A DNA stretch of 64,000 nucleotides from Candidatus Methanoperedenaceae archaeon (GCA_963753595.1 CAVWCX010000036.1:128001-192000), one strand, 5' to 3'. Shown: positions 50,662-60,376, counted from the stretch's first letter. Translations and numbers: made by a program. Notes: generated by a model not told the origin, from the sequence alone.

Positions 50662-51315
50662 TTATCCTCCTTTGTTCTGAAGCATCATTCTTAGTGTACC
50701 TGCCGCGGGCCCTCTTGGGCTCATCTCACTTGATCCAAATATTTCTTCCAGCGTCTTCCCATTCAGGATGTTTCCGACTATGAAGAAGAAGTCCTCAGCG
50801 AAGTCCTTTGTATCAAGGTCTGTATCGAACAATGCTGTGTACATCTTCTGTATTATTTCGAGAGGCGCGCTTACCTCTGATATCTGAAGATGATCATGAT
50901 TGCCCCAAACACTTGGTGGGAGCGTATATGCAAGGTATTCTCCGTCATTGGCTAAGTCACCTTGTCCAGGATAACACGGGCTGCAGAGCATTACCCTCGA
51001 TACCCACTTCGAACGGGTTATCTGAGTTGTATTCTCATTCCCGTTCACAATGGCGCTAAACTCTGCATCCAGATCGGGAACGAAATCCCCTTTTAGATCC
51101 TTCTTGTACCCAAGGAGATAACTCATTGAAGGACCGTTTTCATAGCATTCATCATGGAACTCTCTTTTGCATTCTTTACAGTGCTCTTCAAAATCAACAT
51201 CGATCGCATGCAAGTCTATTTCTTCTAATAGGAATTCTGGCGCCGTTGTATCTATGACACCAGCGATGGGAACTTCTGAGGAAACCTCTATCCCATAATG
51301 TATTGTTGTTTTCAT
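50662..51315 (-). CDS. hypothetical protein
   Basis: ATGA-coupled start MKTTIHYG; CSPCYPGQGDL motif. Confidence 0.65.
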   Translation of the reverse strand: MKTTIHYGIEVSSEVPIAGVIDTTAPEFLLEEIDLHAIDVDFEEHCKECKREFHDECYENGPSMSYLLGYKKDLKGDFVPDLDAEFSAIVNGNENTTQITRSKWVSRVMLCSPCYPGQGDLANDGEYLAYTLPPSVWGNHDHLQISEVSAPLEIIQKMYTALFDTDLDTKDFAEDFFFIVGNILNGKTLEEIFGSSEMSPRGPAAGTLRMMLQNKGG

Positions 51316-52139
51316 GCTTTCGCCCCCGCACATTCGAGGATGGTGATTGTCCTTGGAACCATGATGGTCTTCTCGACCGCCTTGCATGAATCACACAGGG
51401 CTTTGAATACCGATATGGATTCATCCACCGTTGCATCGAACTCTTTAATGAGCTTATACCTGGCATTGAGGGAGTAATCCTCCCATTCCTCGAAATCAGC
51501 ATCCATATCTATGCCTATGCCGGGTTGTGTGAACACCTGCAAGTGTGGAGTTGAATAATTGACCCTTTCTGGTGCATTGCAACTACCACAGATATTATCT
51601 GAAATATACTCAACATTCTTTAAGTCCTTCCTGGTTTGCTGGACTATCCTCAGTATCTCTTTATTCATTAGTCCGAGTTTTGTAAGTTCTTCCTGTGTTA
51701 GATACACTTCTTCTGCCCACCCACTATGAGCGCGGACAAAGTTCTGAACAATCTCTTGCGGTGTTGATGCCATAGGAAGAACCTTCTTATAATTTCGTTG
51801 CCCGCAGGCTATGCAATGTGACTGATAACCACTTGGTTTCTGTCCACCCAGGATGAGTACAACATAACCGCCCGAACGGCCATTGAAAGCCATCTGGAAC
51901 TCGTATTTATGAGCTGTTTCAAAATCTCTCATGAGTTCGTTAATTTCATCAAAAGCGCCCTTGGCATATATTATCTCATATGCACGATCCCTCTGTTCAT
52001 GAGTCAGGTCAAGGTTGCGTATCTTGATATTCCTCGCATAACTGGTGGCGTTATTCCACGAGTTCATCGTATGATATCGGAAATGATCGCGCAAGAATGC
52101 TATCATCTCCTTGCGTGTTGGAGTTTCTTGTTCAGCCAT
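51312..52139 (-). CDS. hypothetical mobile-element protein with a Zn-ribbon insertion
   Basis: FLRDHFRYHTMNSWN..SYARNIK, FNGRSGGYVVL, CIACG...CGSC. Confidence 0.75.
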   Translation of the reverse strand: MAEQETPTRKEMIAFLRDHFRYHTMNSWNNATSYARNIKIRNLDLTHEQRDRAYEIIYAKGAFDEINELMRDFETAHKYEFQMAFNGRSGGYVVLILGGQKPSGYQSHCIACGQRNYKKVLPMASTPQEIVQNFVRAHSGWAEEVYLTQEELTKLGLMNKEILRIVQQTRKDLKNVEYISDNICGSCNAPERVNYSTPHLQVFTQPGIGIDMDADFEEWEDYSLNARYKLIKEFDATVDESISVFKALCDSCKAVEKTIMVPRTITILECAGAKA

Positions 52140-52483
52140 TATTTTTCATCCCCCAAAATTGCCTCAAGAACCTCCTCATCAGGATTCAAAGTCGAGACAA
52201 TATCAACAAGCTCTTCGCGTCCCTTGAGAAAACGCTGAACAACTTCATCGCTTCCCGGCATCGTCTGAACCTTACCCATATCCTTGAACCCTGCCGCTAT
52301 CAAGAAGCTACCAAGTTCATTCAAAACTGTATCTAAGGTAGGCTTACCGGATACCGGGTATATGGTCAAATTTGTAGCAGCTCCGATCGACTCCGCAGCT
52401 TGCCGAGCCTGCGAAATAGCATCCTCTGGGTGCATGTCATCCGGGAATGCTAAAATACACGTTATTCTTAACTCTTGTACCAT
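52139..52483 (-). CDS. hypothetical protein
   Basis: GAGGAG RBS; first gene after hairpin copy 4. Confidence 0.65.
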   Translation of the reverse strand: MVQELRITCILAFPDDMHPEDAISQARQAAESIGAATNLTIYPVSGKPTLDTVLNELGSFLIAAGFKDMGKVQTMPGSDEVVQRFLKGREELVDIVSTLNPDEEVLEAILGDEK

Positions 52484-52531
52484 TGTTATTCTCCTCTGGA
52501 CTCAGCCAGATCTTACAAGCGCCGCCATTTG

Positions 52532-52574
52532 TCTGAATCCGTCTGATTTCAGCACCGCAGTGCGAAATCAGGCA
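52532..52574. repeat. 43-bp hairpin motif, copy 4
   Basis: TCTGAATCCGTCT-GATTTC-A-GCAC-CGCA-GTGC-GAAATC-AGGCA. Confidence 0.85.
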
Positions 52575-52656
52575 TTAAGAATAATTTAAGTAATACAATA
52601 GTATTGAAATAGTAATACTACATCAGAATTATGTATGTAATAAGGCGAAAAAAAGA

Positions 52657-53289
52657 CTAACAACGGTTAATAATAGTACAGGGTCTTGCTGCATCCTTCT
52701 TTACATTTAGACTGCCCGGCAGCCTGATAAGTCTCACAATATCGGTTGTGATCGGGATATCTATCCCTACCCAATTTGGATTAATGATTTTCCTGCCATA
52801 TTTTGGTCTTATTATGTAGTGACCAAAAAAATCAGCAATCTCTCTGCGTTCCGGGGTATCCAGTTTTTGTACGCATTTGTCATATACGTGGATGTGATAC
52901 CCGCGGCTGCCTGAATCCACATAAAGGATGTCCTTGAACCCAAGCCGCTCTTCCAGTATCATCAATAACTTCTCACTCTGTTTCTTCGCTTCTCTGAGTG
53001 TCGGCTTTTCCAGATGGTCAAAATCAATATCGAAAATCAGATCTGCGCCTTCCCATCCCTTCTTCTTATCTTCCATTGGATAGGCGGCGGGGTCTTTATA
53101 CTTCGAGGACGAAAAGTAAACGTGATCCGGCGCTGTCTCAATGAGATAAGTCCTGAGTTTCTGTACTGATGAGAACGCCCTGTGTCTCACCATCTTTTCC
53201 CCATTTTTCCTGAACCCAAACTCCCTGCTTGTAAAGTCCGGCGGCTCATAGAGAGGAGCATGCCAATAATAATCAGAAATGCTGCTCAA
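52657..53289 (-). CDS. priS: DNA primase small catalytic subunit (compact PriS)
   Basis: REFGF...RHRAF, P.HVYFSS..Y..P, GADLIFDIDFDH, SGSRGYHIHV, IDIPITTD..RLIRLPGSLN. Confidence 0.93.
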   Translation of the reverse strand: MSSISDYYWHAPLYEPPDFTSREFGFRKNGEKMVRHRAFSSVQKLRTYLIETAPDHVYFSSSKYKDPAAYPMEDKKKGWEGADLIFDIDFDHLEKPTLREAKKQSEKLLMILEERLGFKDILYVDSGSRGYHIHVYDKCVQKLDTPERREIADFFGHYIIRPKYGRKIINPNWVGIDIPITTDIVRLIRLPGSLNVKKDAARPCTIINRC

Positions 53290-54344
53290 GATATCACCTT
53301 TTTAGTTTGCTTCTTGTTTTCCAACCACACCTTTCGCCTGTAGTATACCAGCGGGTGCACTATCTTCTTACACGATGCCTTTCCTGGACAATTACCATTA
53401 GTCGTCATAGTCGCGCAGGTCGGACAGGTATAAGCCGTTCCCGATGCGCCTGCGATGTGATTTATCTGATAATTGGTATCCTGTTCTTTGAAATCAGGCG
53501 ATGCCCTGAATATCTCTGTTATCTTCTCAGGCTTCATCCCTATATTCAACAGGAAGGTTGTCATTGCAAAGCGCATCGAGTGAGATAGATTAACATTTGC
53601 CTGGGCATCGGCTATTGCCGAGCTTATACACGGCGGGAAGCAACCTGAGCTCACTTCGCTGAATCCCTCTTTACTGAATCCCTGCTTATTTGTACGGATG
53701 CTGGCTGCTTCCTGCACCTCATTGATATACTGTTTCAGCGCTTCTTTTATTTCTTTCGGCACTTCATGAGGCAGTCCTAACTCCACCTTCTTCCGTACAA
53801 CCTCCTCCATCAGGCGCGCAAAGTCGCCTTTTGATATTGTCAGCATGCCCTCCTTTACTGTGCGGTTTGAAAGTTTCCACTTTGGCTCATGCAACACATG
53901 GGCATGGTGAATGTAATCTGTGAAGTGTATGGTAGCGCTCATGGTTCTGGCGTCTACTGTTGCGCTTATGCCAAAATCCGCTGCCAGTTCTCTCAGGTTA
54001 TCAGCCCTGAAATCCATAATGTGTTCGTATGACAATTTGGCCACTGCGAGGGCATATCTTTTGGTGAGATATGTATTGTTGATACTTGAAACGATTATCC
54101 TGGCGACTGGATAAGCCAGTAATTCCTTATTCGCAGCAAGTTTGTTATATCTTCGATATTTTAGTGTGCCGTTCTGCAGTGCTTCAAGGACACGCCCCTT
54201 AGCTGCCGATCGGACGCTTTCATAGGCCAGATCCGTACATACATCAGCCGAACCAACCCAAGATTCCTTCATATATTCCAGGGCGCCTGTGGTACAGGGG
54301 ATATTAGCAAAATCTATTATGTCCATTAGCCTCTCATATTTCAA
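53286..54344 (-). CDS. priL: DNA primase large subunit
   Basis: ELLAYPVARIIVS, WKLSNR.V..G, FPPCI, LSHSMRFA, PDF...T.YQI.HI.G, YTCPTC...GNC (Fe-S domain). Confidence 0.93.
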   Translation of the reverse strand: MKYERLMDIIDFANIPCTTGALEYMKESWVGSADVCTDLAYESVRSAAKGRVLEALQNGTLKYRRYNKLAANKELLAYPVARIIVSSINNTYLTKRYALAVAKLSYEHIMDFRADNLRELAADFGISATVDARTMSATIHFTDYIHHAHVLHEPKWKLSNRTVKEGMLTISKGDFARLMEEVVRKKVELGLPHEVPKEIKEALKQYINEVQEAASIRTNKQGFSKEGFSEVSSGCFPPCISSAIADAQANVNLSHSMRFAMTTFLLNIGMKPEKITEIFRASPDFKEQDTNYQINHIAGASGTAYTCPTCATMTTNGNCPGKASCKKIVHPLVYYRRKVWLENKKQTKKVIS

Positions 54345-54374
54345 CCAGAATCTACTTATCTTATTATAATATAA

Positions 54375-54392
54375 GTATTACTACTGTAATAC
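54375..54392. promoter_or_regulatory. 18-bp operator-like palindrome abutting the TATA box of the primase operon
   Basis: GTATTAC-TACT-GTAATAC followed on the minus strand by TTATAT. Confidence 0.7.
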
Positions 54393-54614
54393 AACACCTC
54401 TTATCTTCCTTGGCACGATTCCCAGTTCTCTTGCCAGGTCTGCCGTCTCTGGATCGCTCACGCGCTCCCATGTCAGATTTACAGCTAACTTCAACTTACC
54501 CTGTGGTATCAATAACTTCTTTCCATGGTACTCTATTATCTCATAGGGGAAGGCACTTTTTTCTGATGCTTTCGCCAGCGCATGTAATTTTTTCTCGTTC
54601 TCAGGTAACATCAA
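54381..54614 (-). CDS. small hypothetical protein
   Basis: Coupled to the upstream stop; GGAGG RBS. Confidence 0.55.
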   Translation of the reverse strand: MMLPENEKKLHALAKASEKSAFPYEIIEYHGKKLLIPQGKLKLAVNLTWERVSDPETADLARELGIVPRKIRGVVLQ

Positions 54615-54891
54615 TCCTCCTTCAAGAGCATGATCGTAAGAATAGGTTCTGTATTATCCCCAGGACCGCAGATAGCCTTGAGATACACAGTTTCCATCTT
54701 TGGATTCCCCGCTTTCGAAGGCATCTGGAAAATAGTCTTGAAATATAGTGTTTGCGCCGTATCCTTCTGCGACTCTGCAACGTCTATATTTAACTTTTTC
54801 ATTGCCCTGGCGCTGAAGGAAAACATCGTAAGAACATCCCATAATCTGCCCTGCACGTCCTGGAAGCCTTTGAGGCTCTCCGGCGGCTCGA
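54611..54891 (-). pseudogene. 3' part of the intron-disrupted DUF6573-like gene
   Basis: EPPESLKGFQDVQGRLWDVL...LKAICGPGD..EPILTIML; joins in frame with 56910-57714 to give WNGYIEPP. Confidence 0.85.
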
Positions 54892-56909
54892 GTGTGCCTC
54901 GAAGCACAAGAAAGAAAGTATATAACAGGACATTTGAAGAGAATGTTACAGCGTGAGCAATAACATTTGGTGTCCGCGGGTTAAAATCCCTCCATTTGGG
55001 TCTGCTCCCGAATGAAGAGAAAGGGTAGTGCGATATCGCAAGATATGGTGCGGAGTACCCAAGTATCGTCAACCACAGCCCTAAACAACATGTGAACCGA
55101 AAGTGGCCTTAGCGCGATGCGACATCCCTCGAGTAGATGGAAGCTTGAGCAGTAAGTGAACGCTGGGGTGGTTACGGTAGGGATGGTTGAGAATGCTCTC
55201 TTGTGTGACCGGGGGAGGTCTCATAACGTCCTCCTTGAAATTGGATACAAACCCTACACGTTTCTGGGTAACTGGATTCCATCGAAAGGAAACAGGTAGC
55301 ATAGGTATAACCTTATGGGAAAGCCGAAGCAATGCGTTATGAGAAGTCCGACGAACCCATAGTAGCAATGAAGGTCAGGCCGAGGACATACAGAACCTGC
55401 GCCGCAGGGTACAGGAGGCGACTGTACGAGGACAAAACCAGACCCAGCAAAGGGGTTCTAGATTTGGAAAGAGTTGAGGTGAACAGCACGATAACATCAA
55501 TCGGATTCAAAGAAAACACCAGAAAAGTAAGCACAGTCAAAATGGCAATAAAGCGCTATCTGGTAAATGTATATGAAGATAATGGAATAACTGCTGGAAA
55601 CCAAAACCGATGGAGACAAAGATGAAAAAGTGGAATCAGCAATACCATGACAAATTCAAGGAATTTGCTCTGATACATAAGGTATGGAGCGAGAAGAACC
55701 TTGTTCAGGCATGGAAAAGCGTGAAGGCAAATAAAGGAAGTGCTGGAGTAGATGGAATAACCATTGAACAATTTGAACAAAATCTGCAACAAAACCTAAA
55801 TGAAATACACAGACTACTCAAAGAAAAACGCTATGAACCCAGGCCGGTCTTAAGGGTATTAATACCAAAAGACAACGGCAAGATGAGAAAACTTGGGATA
55901 CCCACAGTCAGGGACAGAGTAGTTCAACAGGCATTAAAGAACGTACTTGAACCAATCTTTGAAGAAATATTCCTGCCACAAAGCCATGGATACAGACCTA
56001 ACACTAACGCTCATGCGGCAGTCAGGAAGGGTGAAGTATTCATTAGAAGAGGCTACCACTGGGTAGTGGATGCCGACATTGAGGGATTCTTCGACCACGT
56101 TGACCATCAAATAATGATGGATCTTGTATGCGAAAAAGTCGCAGATGGCAGAGTTCTTTCTCTCATAGAATCTTTCCTTAAAAGTGGAATAATGAATGAT
56201 GGTGTATTTGAGGAGAGTATGGAAGGTACTCCCCAGGGAGGAAATATCAGTCCACTGCTGTCGAATATTTACTTAAATCACTTCGACAGAAGAATGGGGG
56301 ACTTTGGATATTTGCTCCTCCGATACGCTGATGACATCGTTATTTTCTGCAAGTTTGTATCAGATGCACAGGATGCACTCAAACGAGCAAAGGAAATTCT
56401 GGAAGGAGAATTAAAGTTAAAACTCAGTCCAGAAAAGACCAAAATCGCTCCTGCAAGAAGTAAGGGAGTTGAATTTCTCGGCTTCCGTTTCAATGGACGT
56501 TATAGAAGCCCAAGGGATAAGGCAAAGAAGAAGTTCAAGGAAGAGATAAAACGACGGACAAGGCGTCAGCAGCCTGTGAACCTTGAAACTGTAATACGTT
56601 TCCTCAATCCTGTAATTCGAGGTTGGGGGAATTATTTCAAGGAAGGTACAGTAAAGACATTGTTCAGTGAATTGGATGGTTATATAAGGGGACGCTTGAG
56701 GAGCTTTGAGGCTAAAAAGCGTAACTGGAACACCATTTTATTCACGCTTCCTGAGTCTGAACTGAGAAAAATGGGGTTGGCTTCACTTACTTCGTTGCTG
56801 AATGAACCTATCTCCTGCAAAGGGAAAAGCCAAACGAAAGCTGCATACGGGAAATCCGTTCGTGCAGTTTGATGAGGAGTAGATGGCGAAAGCCATCCGC
56901 TTACTCTAG
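54892..56909 (+). mobile_element. complete group II intron, inserted antisense to the host gene
   Basis: 5' GTGTG; EBS1 TCGAGT (55129-55134, in a CATC/GATG loop) pairs with IBS1 GCTCGA; DV AAGCTGCATACGGGAAATCCGTTCGTGCAGTTT; DVI with bulged A at 56903; removal restores a 362-codon ORF. Confidence 0.92.
55610..56872 (+). CDS. ltrA: group II intron reverse transcriptase/maturase, no En domain
   Basis: GSAGVDG, RKLGIPTVRDRVVQQA, DADIEGFFD, GTPQGG.ISPLLSNIYL, YADD, FLGF, domain X LNPVIRGWGNYF. Confidence 0.95.
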   Translation: METKMKKWNQQYHDKFKEFALIHKVWSEKNLVQAWKSVKANKGSAGVDGITIEQFEQNLQQNLNEIHRLLKEKRYEPRPVLRVLIPKDNGKMRKLGIPTVRDRVVQQALKNVLEPIFEEIFLPQSHGYRPNTNAHAAVRKGEVFIRRGYHWVVDADIEGFFDHVDHQIMMDLVCEKVADGRVLSLIESFLKSGIMNDGVFEESMEGTPQGGNISPLLSNIYLNHFDRRMGDFGYLLLRYADDIVIFCKFVSDAQDALKRAKEILEGELKLKLSPEKTKIAPARSKGVEFLGFRFNGRYRSPRDKAKKKFKEEIKRRTRRQQPVNLETVIRFLNPVIRGWGNYFKEGTVKTLFSELDGYIRGRLRSFEAKKRNWNTILFTLPESELRKMGLASLTSLLNEPISCKGKSQTKAAYGKSVRAV

Positions 56910-57714
56910 TGTAACCATTCCATAATGCCTGTGTGACCGCTGTTGGATATACTATACCGGCTTCTTTTGCAGTTTCAGTGACGTCCACAAGCACCCCATC
57001 TTCGATTGCTTGGGCGCGGGTGTAGACATCAATCACTTCTCCGAATACACTTTTTATCGATTGATCCCCTGTTTCAGCTTCAATATCCACGAAGGATGGC
57101 AGTTCATTTTTAGGTGCATCTATGGGTGACTCGATCTTTGGCTTTATTAGCGGCTCAAATGGCTTCGAGTAATCCCCGGATACTATCCAATCGACATATG
57201 CAGCCAGATTCTCCTTCCGAATGAAAGACTCGCCGAACCCCGGTTTGTTCATATTTGTGAACATATGCTCATTATAGAGAACAATAGGGTCATCCGCACC
57301 GCAGGTATCCGTTACTATATCGAACCCTGGGACTTTACCGGTAGCACTTATCTCGCACAGCTTCTGAAGGTTATCCGGTCCGACTTCATACCTTCTTGCC
57401 CAGACATCCATTGAATGTGTAATGCCGCGGGCGTAGAGAGAAACGATCTCCCACCCGGGACAGCCTTTCTTATGGTTATGATCCTCTAATAGTAGGTACT
57501 GGCCACCATTCGATGTGCCCAGTATGTAGTGATACTTATCAGAGGGATCCTCACAGAACGGTTCCAAGTCCACGATCTTGCCTGCATAATAAGCCGCAAG
57601 AACTTTCTTGCAATGTGGACACATATATGCGGATACGCACTGGAAGTCCACGGAGATTATGTCCCGCTTGTTCATATTATAAAAGTATATTCTATGGTTC
57701 TTTACTTCGATCAT
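56910..57714 (-). pseudogene. 5' part of the intron-disrupted DUF6573-like gene
   Basis: VIDVYTRAQAIEDGVLVDV...AKEAGIVYPTAVTQALWNGY stops at the intron boundary. Confidence 0.85.
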
Positions 57715-57992
57715 TCCCTCGCTCCTTTAATCATCATTTCAACTCTTGCTGGCTCTGGAACGAGTGTCATGTCCATTTCTTCTATCTCTTCCTGGCATTC
57801 CGGGCAGAAGTATCGTGGAGCCCCGTTGTTATCCGAGTTAAGATCGTATTCAATCTCCCTGCCTATGTTCATAACACCATGTCGCTCTTCTACCACTTCA
57901 ACATGGCTAATCTGAGCGAAGCAGTGCGGACAGTGGATGCTGGGCTTCTCACATGACCCTTTGAGAATTGGTGGAATGTCTTTCTTAACCAT
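57711..57992 (-). CDS. small Zn-ribbon protein
   Basis: CPHC...YFCPEC. Confidence 0.65.
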   Translation of the reverse strand: MVKKDIPPILKGSCEKPSIHCPHCFAQISHVEVVEERHGVMNIGREIEYDLNSDNNGAPRYFCPECQEEIEEMDMTLVPEPARVEMMIKGARE

Positions 57993-58218
57993 GGAGGACG
58001 CTCCTTTTCCCTATGCCCAAGACTTCGCGTACTTTCTGTGCTTCAATTATTATTTCATCCATACTGCTGTTGACCTGGGAGCGGAACTCTTCCAGATTCT
58101 CCGCGGATTCCAAAGCATCCAGTACATCCGACTTTATCATCTGTGCATAGTGCTTCAGTTCGTCTATCTGCATCTGGATGGTTTCCGGTAATTCTACATA
58201 TTTCATAGTGTTCTCCAT
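57985..58218 (-). CDS. small helical hypothetical protein
   Basis: First gene after hairpin copy 5; start at MENT or MKYV. Confidence 0.55.
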   Translation of the reverse strand: MENTMKYVELPETIQMQIDELKHYAQMIKSDVLDALESAENLEEFRSQVNSSMDEIIIEAQKVREVLGIGKRSVLHG

Positions 58219-58249
58219 TCGGTTTCGTAATTTTACTACTCCTTGTTTC

Positions 58250-58291
58250 CTGAACACGTCAGATTTCAGCACCGCAGTGCGAAATATGGCA
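58250..58291. repeat. 43-bp hairpin motif, copy 5
   Basis: CCTGAACACGTCA-GATTTC-A-GCAC-CGCA-GTGC-GAAATA-TGGCA. Confidence 0.85.
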
Positions 58292-58406
58292 TCATCGAAA
58301 TATCATTGATACCTTTTGCCGTGTTTCAAGGAGGAGAAAAAAAAGCATTCGCAGCCATCCCTGCCTTATCACCCTATTAATCATGATTTCTAGTGAAGCT
58401 CCCAAT

Positions 58407-58427
58407 CGCAGCAGAGCTGCGGGGTAT
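58407..58427. repeat. IS200/IS605-like or REP-like palindrome
   Basis: CGCAGC-AGA-GCTGCG-GGGTAT; similar GCAGCAGAGCTGCGGAGTAT at about 5879-5898. Confidence 0.4.
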
Positions 58428-58745
58428 AGCGATTAAGATCAACCTTCCACTTAGTAACCAACCGCCGTTCTGAAGAACGAGGCATCGGCGCAGGTGCATG
58501 AAGTTTTCATTGCATTTGCTACTGTGTGTATATCAACTAAAGGGGGCATGAAATTACTGTATTCTAATAATGTGTTGGATATAATATTGCAAATGCTTAT
58601 GAAAATCAGCAAGTTATTTGGCTTTTGTGTTCATGCATCAGCCTACAACTATGAATTCAAATATAATTAATAGCTTTTAGATGCAGTTATAAGCAATTTC
58701 ATTTAGACAATCGCTGTCCAATATCATTAAAAAATACTAGGTGGG

Positions 58746-59477
58746 TTATAAATTCTGCCAATATTCATAGAGACTACGCTCAATATTATTTAGAGGGATA
58801 TCTTGACTATACTCTCCACCATTAATACCTTTATAATCTACATGAATCTTACTTTTTGATACGGCATCAGAATATTCATTTTTAAAGAAAATTAATATAT
58901 GCCAGCCATCATCTTTTTGTAAAACCTGAATGGGAATATGGCCTTCCGTTCCCATCGTATTTATAAAATATTCCCCCATAAAATTGATATAGATATCAGT
59001 AGCAATGGTATTTGTAATATTTTGGCAAAAGATATAAAGGCGTTCATTGTGTATATTACGCATCATTATTTTGAATATTAGAAATGGTCTTTCTCGTTTT
59101 TCTACATCTCCAACATGTCTTTGGACTTGAATCACTTCCATTTTCCAACTACGGAGAAGCTCTTCATGACTATTCTTCCATTCCAATAATAATTCTTTTG
59201 TATATCTTTTTGGGTCTTTGTCGACCATATCACTACAATTATGACATAGTAAGATAGCATTCTTATTACTTCCACGCTCTTTTTTTGTTTGGCTTGGGTC
59301 ATAACGTGAGCCACCTTCACTTGCGGCACTTATATGAGCAACAATTCCATCTGATAATGACTTATCTTCATCAGAATGAGGCCCAATTGTTAGATCATGA
59401 CAATCTGGATTGTTACATATATAACAAGACCTTTCTGCAACTTTTCTTCTAATGTTCAGTGTAAATTCGTCTCTCAT
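58746..59477 (-). CDS. N-terminal HNH-type Zn nuclease-domain protein
   Basis: CNNPDC, VAHISAASEGGSRYD, NAILLCHNCSDMVD. Confidence 0.8.
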   Translation of the reverse strand: MRDEFTLNIRRKVAERSCYICNNPDCHDLTIGPHSDEDKSLSDGIVAHISAASEGGSRYDPSQTKKERGSNKNAILLCHNCSDMVDKDPKRYTKELLLEWKNSHEELLRSWKMEVIQVQRHVGDVEKRERPFLIFKIMMRNIHNERLYIFCQNITNTIATDIYINFMGEYFINTMGTEGHIPIQVLQKDDGWHILIFFKNEYSDAVSKSKIHVDYKGINGGEYSQDIPLNNIERSLYEYWQNL

Positions 59478-59794
59478 CGAATGACCTCGTTAAAGACAGG
59501 CGATTTATTTATAGCCCCATAGCCTTCTTTATCGCTTCAACAGCATAAAAACTCCTTGTTTTATAGGTATTTCTACACATAGAAGTCATTATAAATAATA
59601 CGATGAACAAATTCCTTTTCCATGAATGCCTATTCTTTGCAGTTTTATCCATGCCCATTTTTAGTGCCATAATTTTTACACTGGTTCAAGATATCCTGAG
59701 GTGCACCCAACCCCCATCGTCTTCAGCCACCTATACCCCTTATTAAAGATTGAATTTCAATGGGGATAAACCTTATTAATCTACTGCTTTTATT

Positions 59795-60376
59795 TTACAA
59801 CTTGTAGATCATATAAAATCCAGATTCGTCTATATCATAACCACCTCTGAATTCGCTACTAACAGAGAACAAATTGGGATGGGGTCTTAAATTACCGGTT
59901 TCAGCCTCATCTTTATAATAATAAAGCACCAAACAAAACAGCCCTGCAATAGAATTTAAAGTGTTCTGGAGATTAGCATTCTGAAAATCTTTATCTCTCT
60001 GATGCTTAACACCGTTATAGGCATTCCACCAGATAGGAGTTTTATTTTCGTTCCAATTTAACCACGGAGTTAGGGTTAACCCATAGCGTGGAATTTGTAT
60101 CGTCATAACTCTAATTTTTGGAAAAATCGGATTCAGAATATTTCGATAGTGTTCAATATTTTCAGCTTTTATACCAGGCTTTTCTTTGGTACATAGGAGT
60201 TTGGCGACCACATCAACTTCTGAAGCTGCTGATAAAAGTAGGCGTACCAATTCTATCGAATAAGTCGTATAATTTTTTTCCGTAAACTCTATATATCTCG
60301 ATAATTTTTCAGCATCCGAATCAAAGGTTAATAAATAATTCCATTGAACAAGCTTGGGATTTTCTTCAATACCCAT
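59795..60376 (-). CDS. hypothetical protein, possibly HEPN-like
   Basis: YS.EL..LLL.A.SEVDVV.K, WWNAYNGVKHQR. Confidence 0.65.
   Translation of the reverse strand: MGIEENPKLVQWNYLLTFDSDAEKLSRYIEFTEKNYTTYSIELVRLLLSAASEVDVVAKLLCTKEKPGIKAENIEHYRNILNPIFPKIRVMTIQIPRYGLTLTPWLNWNENKTPIWWNAYNGVKHQRDKDFQNANLQNTLNSIAGLFCLVLYYYKDEAETGNLRPHPNLFSVSSEFRGGYDIDESGFYMIYKL

Noticed and set aside
54892-55072. N-terminal part of ORF 54611-55072, and ORFs 55081-55368 and 55332-55625
   Set aside because: They lie within intron RNA domains I-IV and are spurious
55610-56872. RT as a DGR, retron or defence RT
   Set aside because: It has YADD, domain X and flanking DV/DVI plus EBS1/IBS1, so it is a group II intron; no TR/VR pair was seen
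56680-56909. C-terminal extension of the ORF-track protein 56680-57714
   Set aside because: Read-through into the antisense intron; the true continuation is 54611-54891
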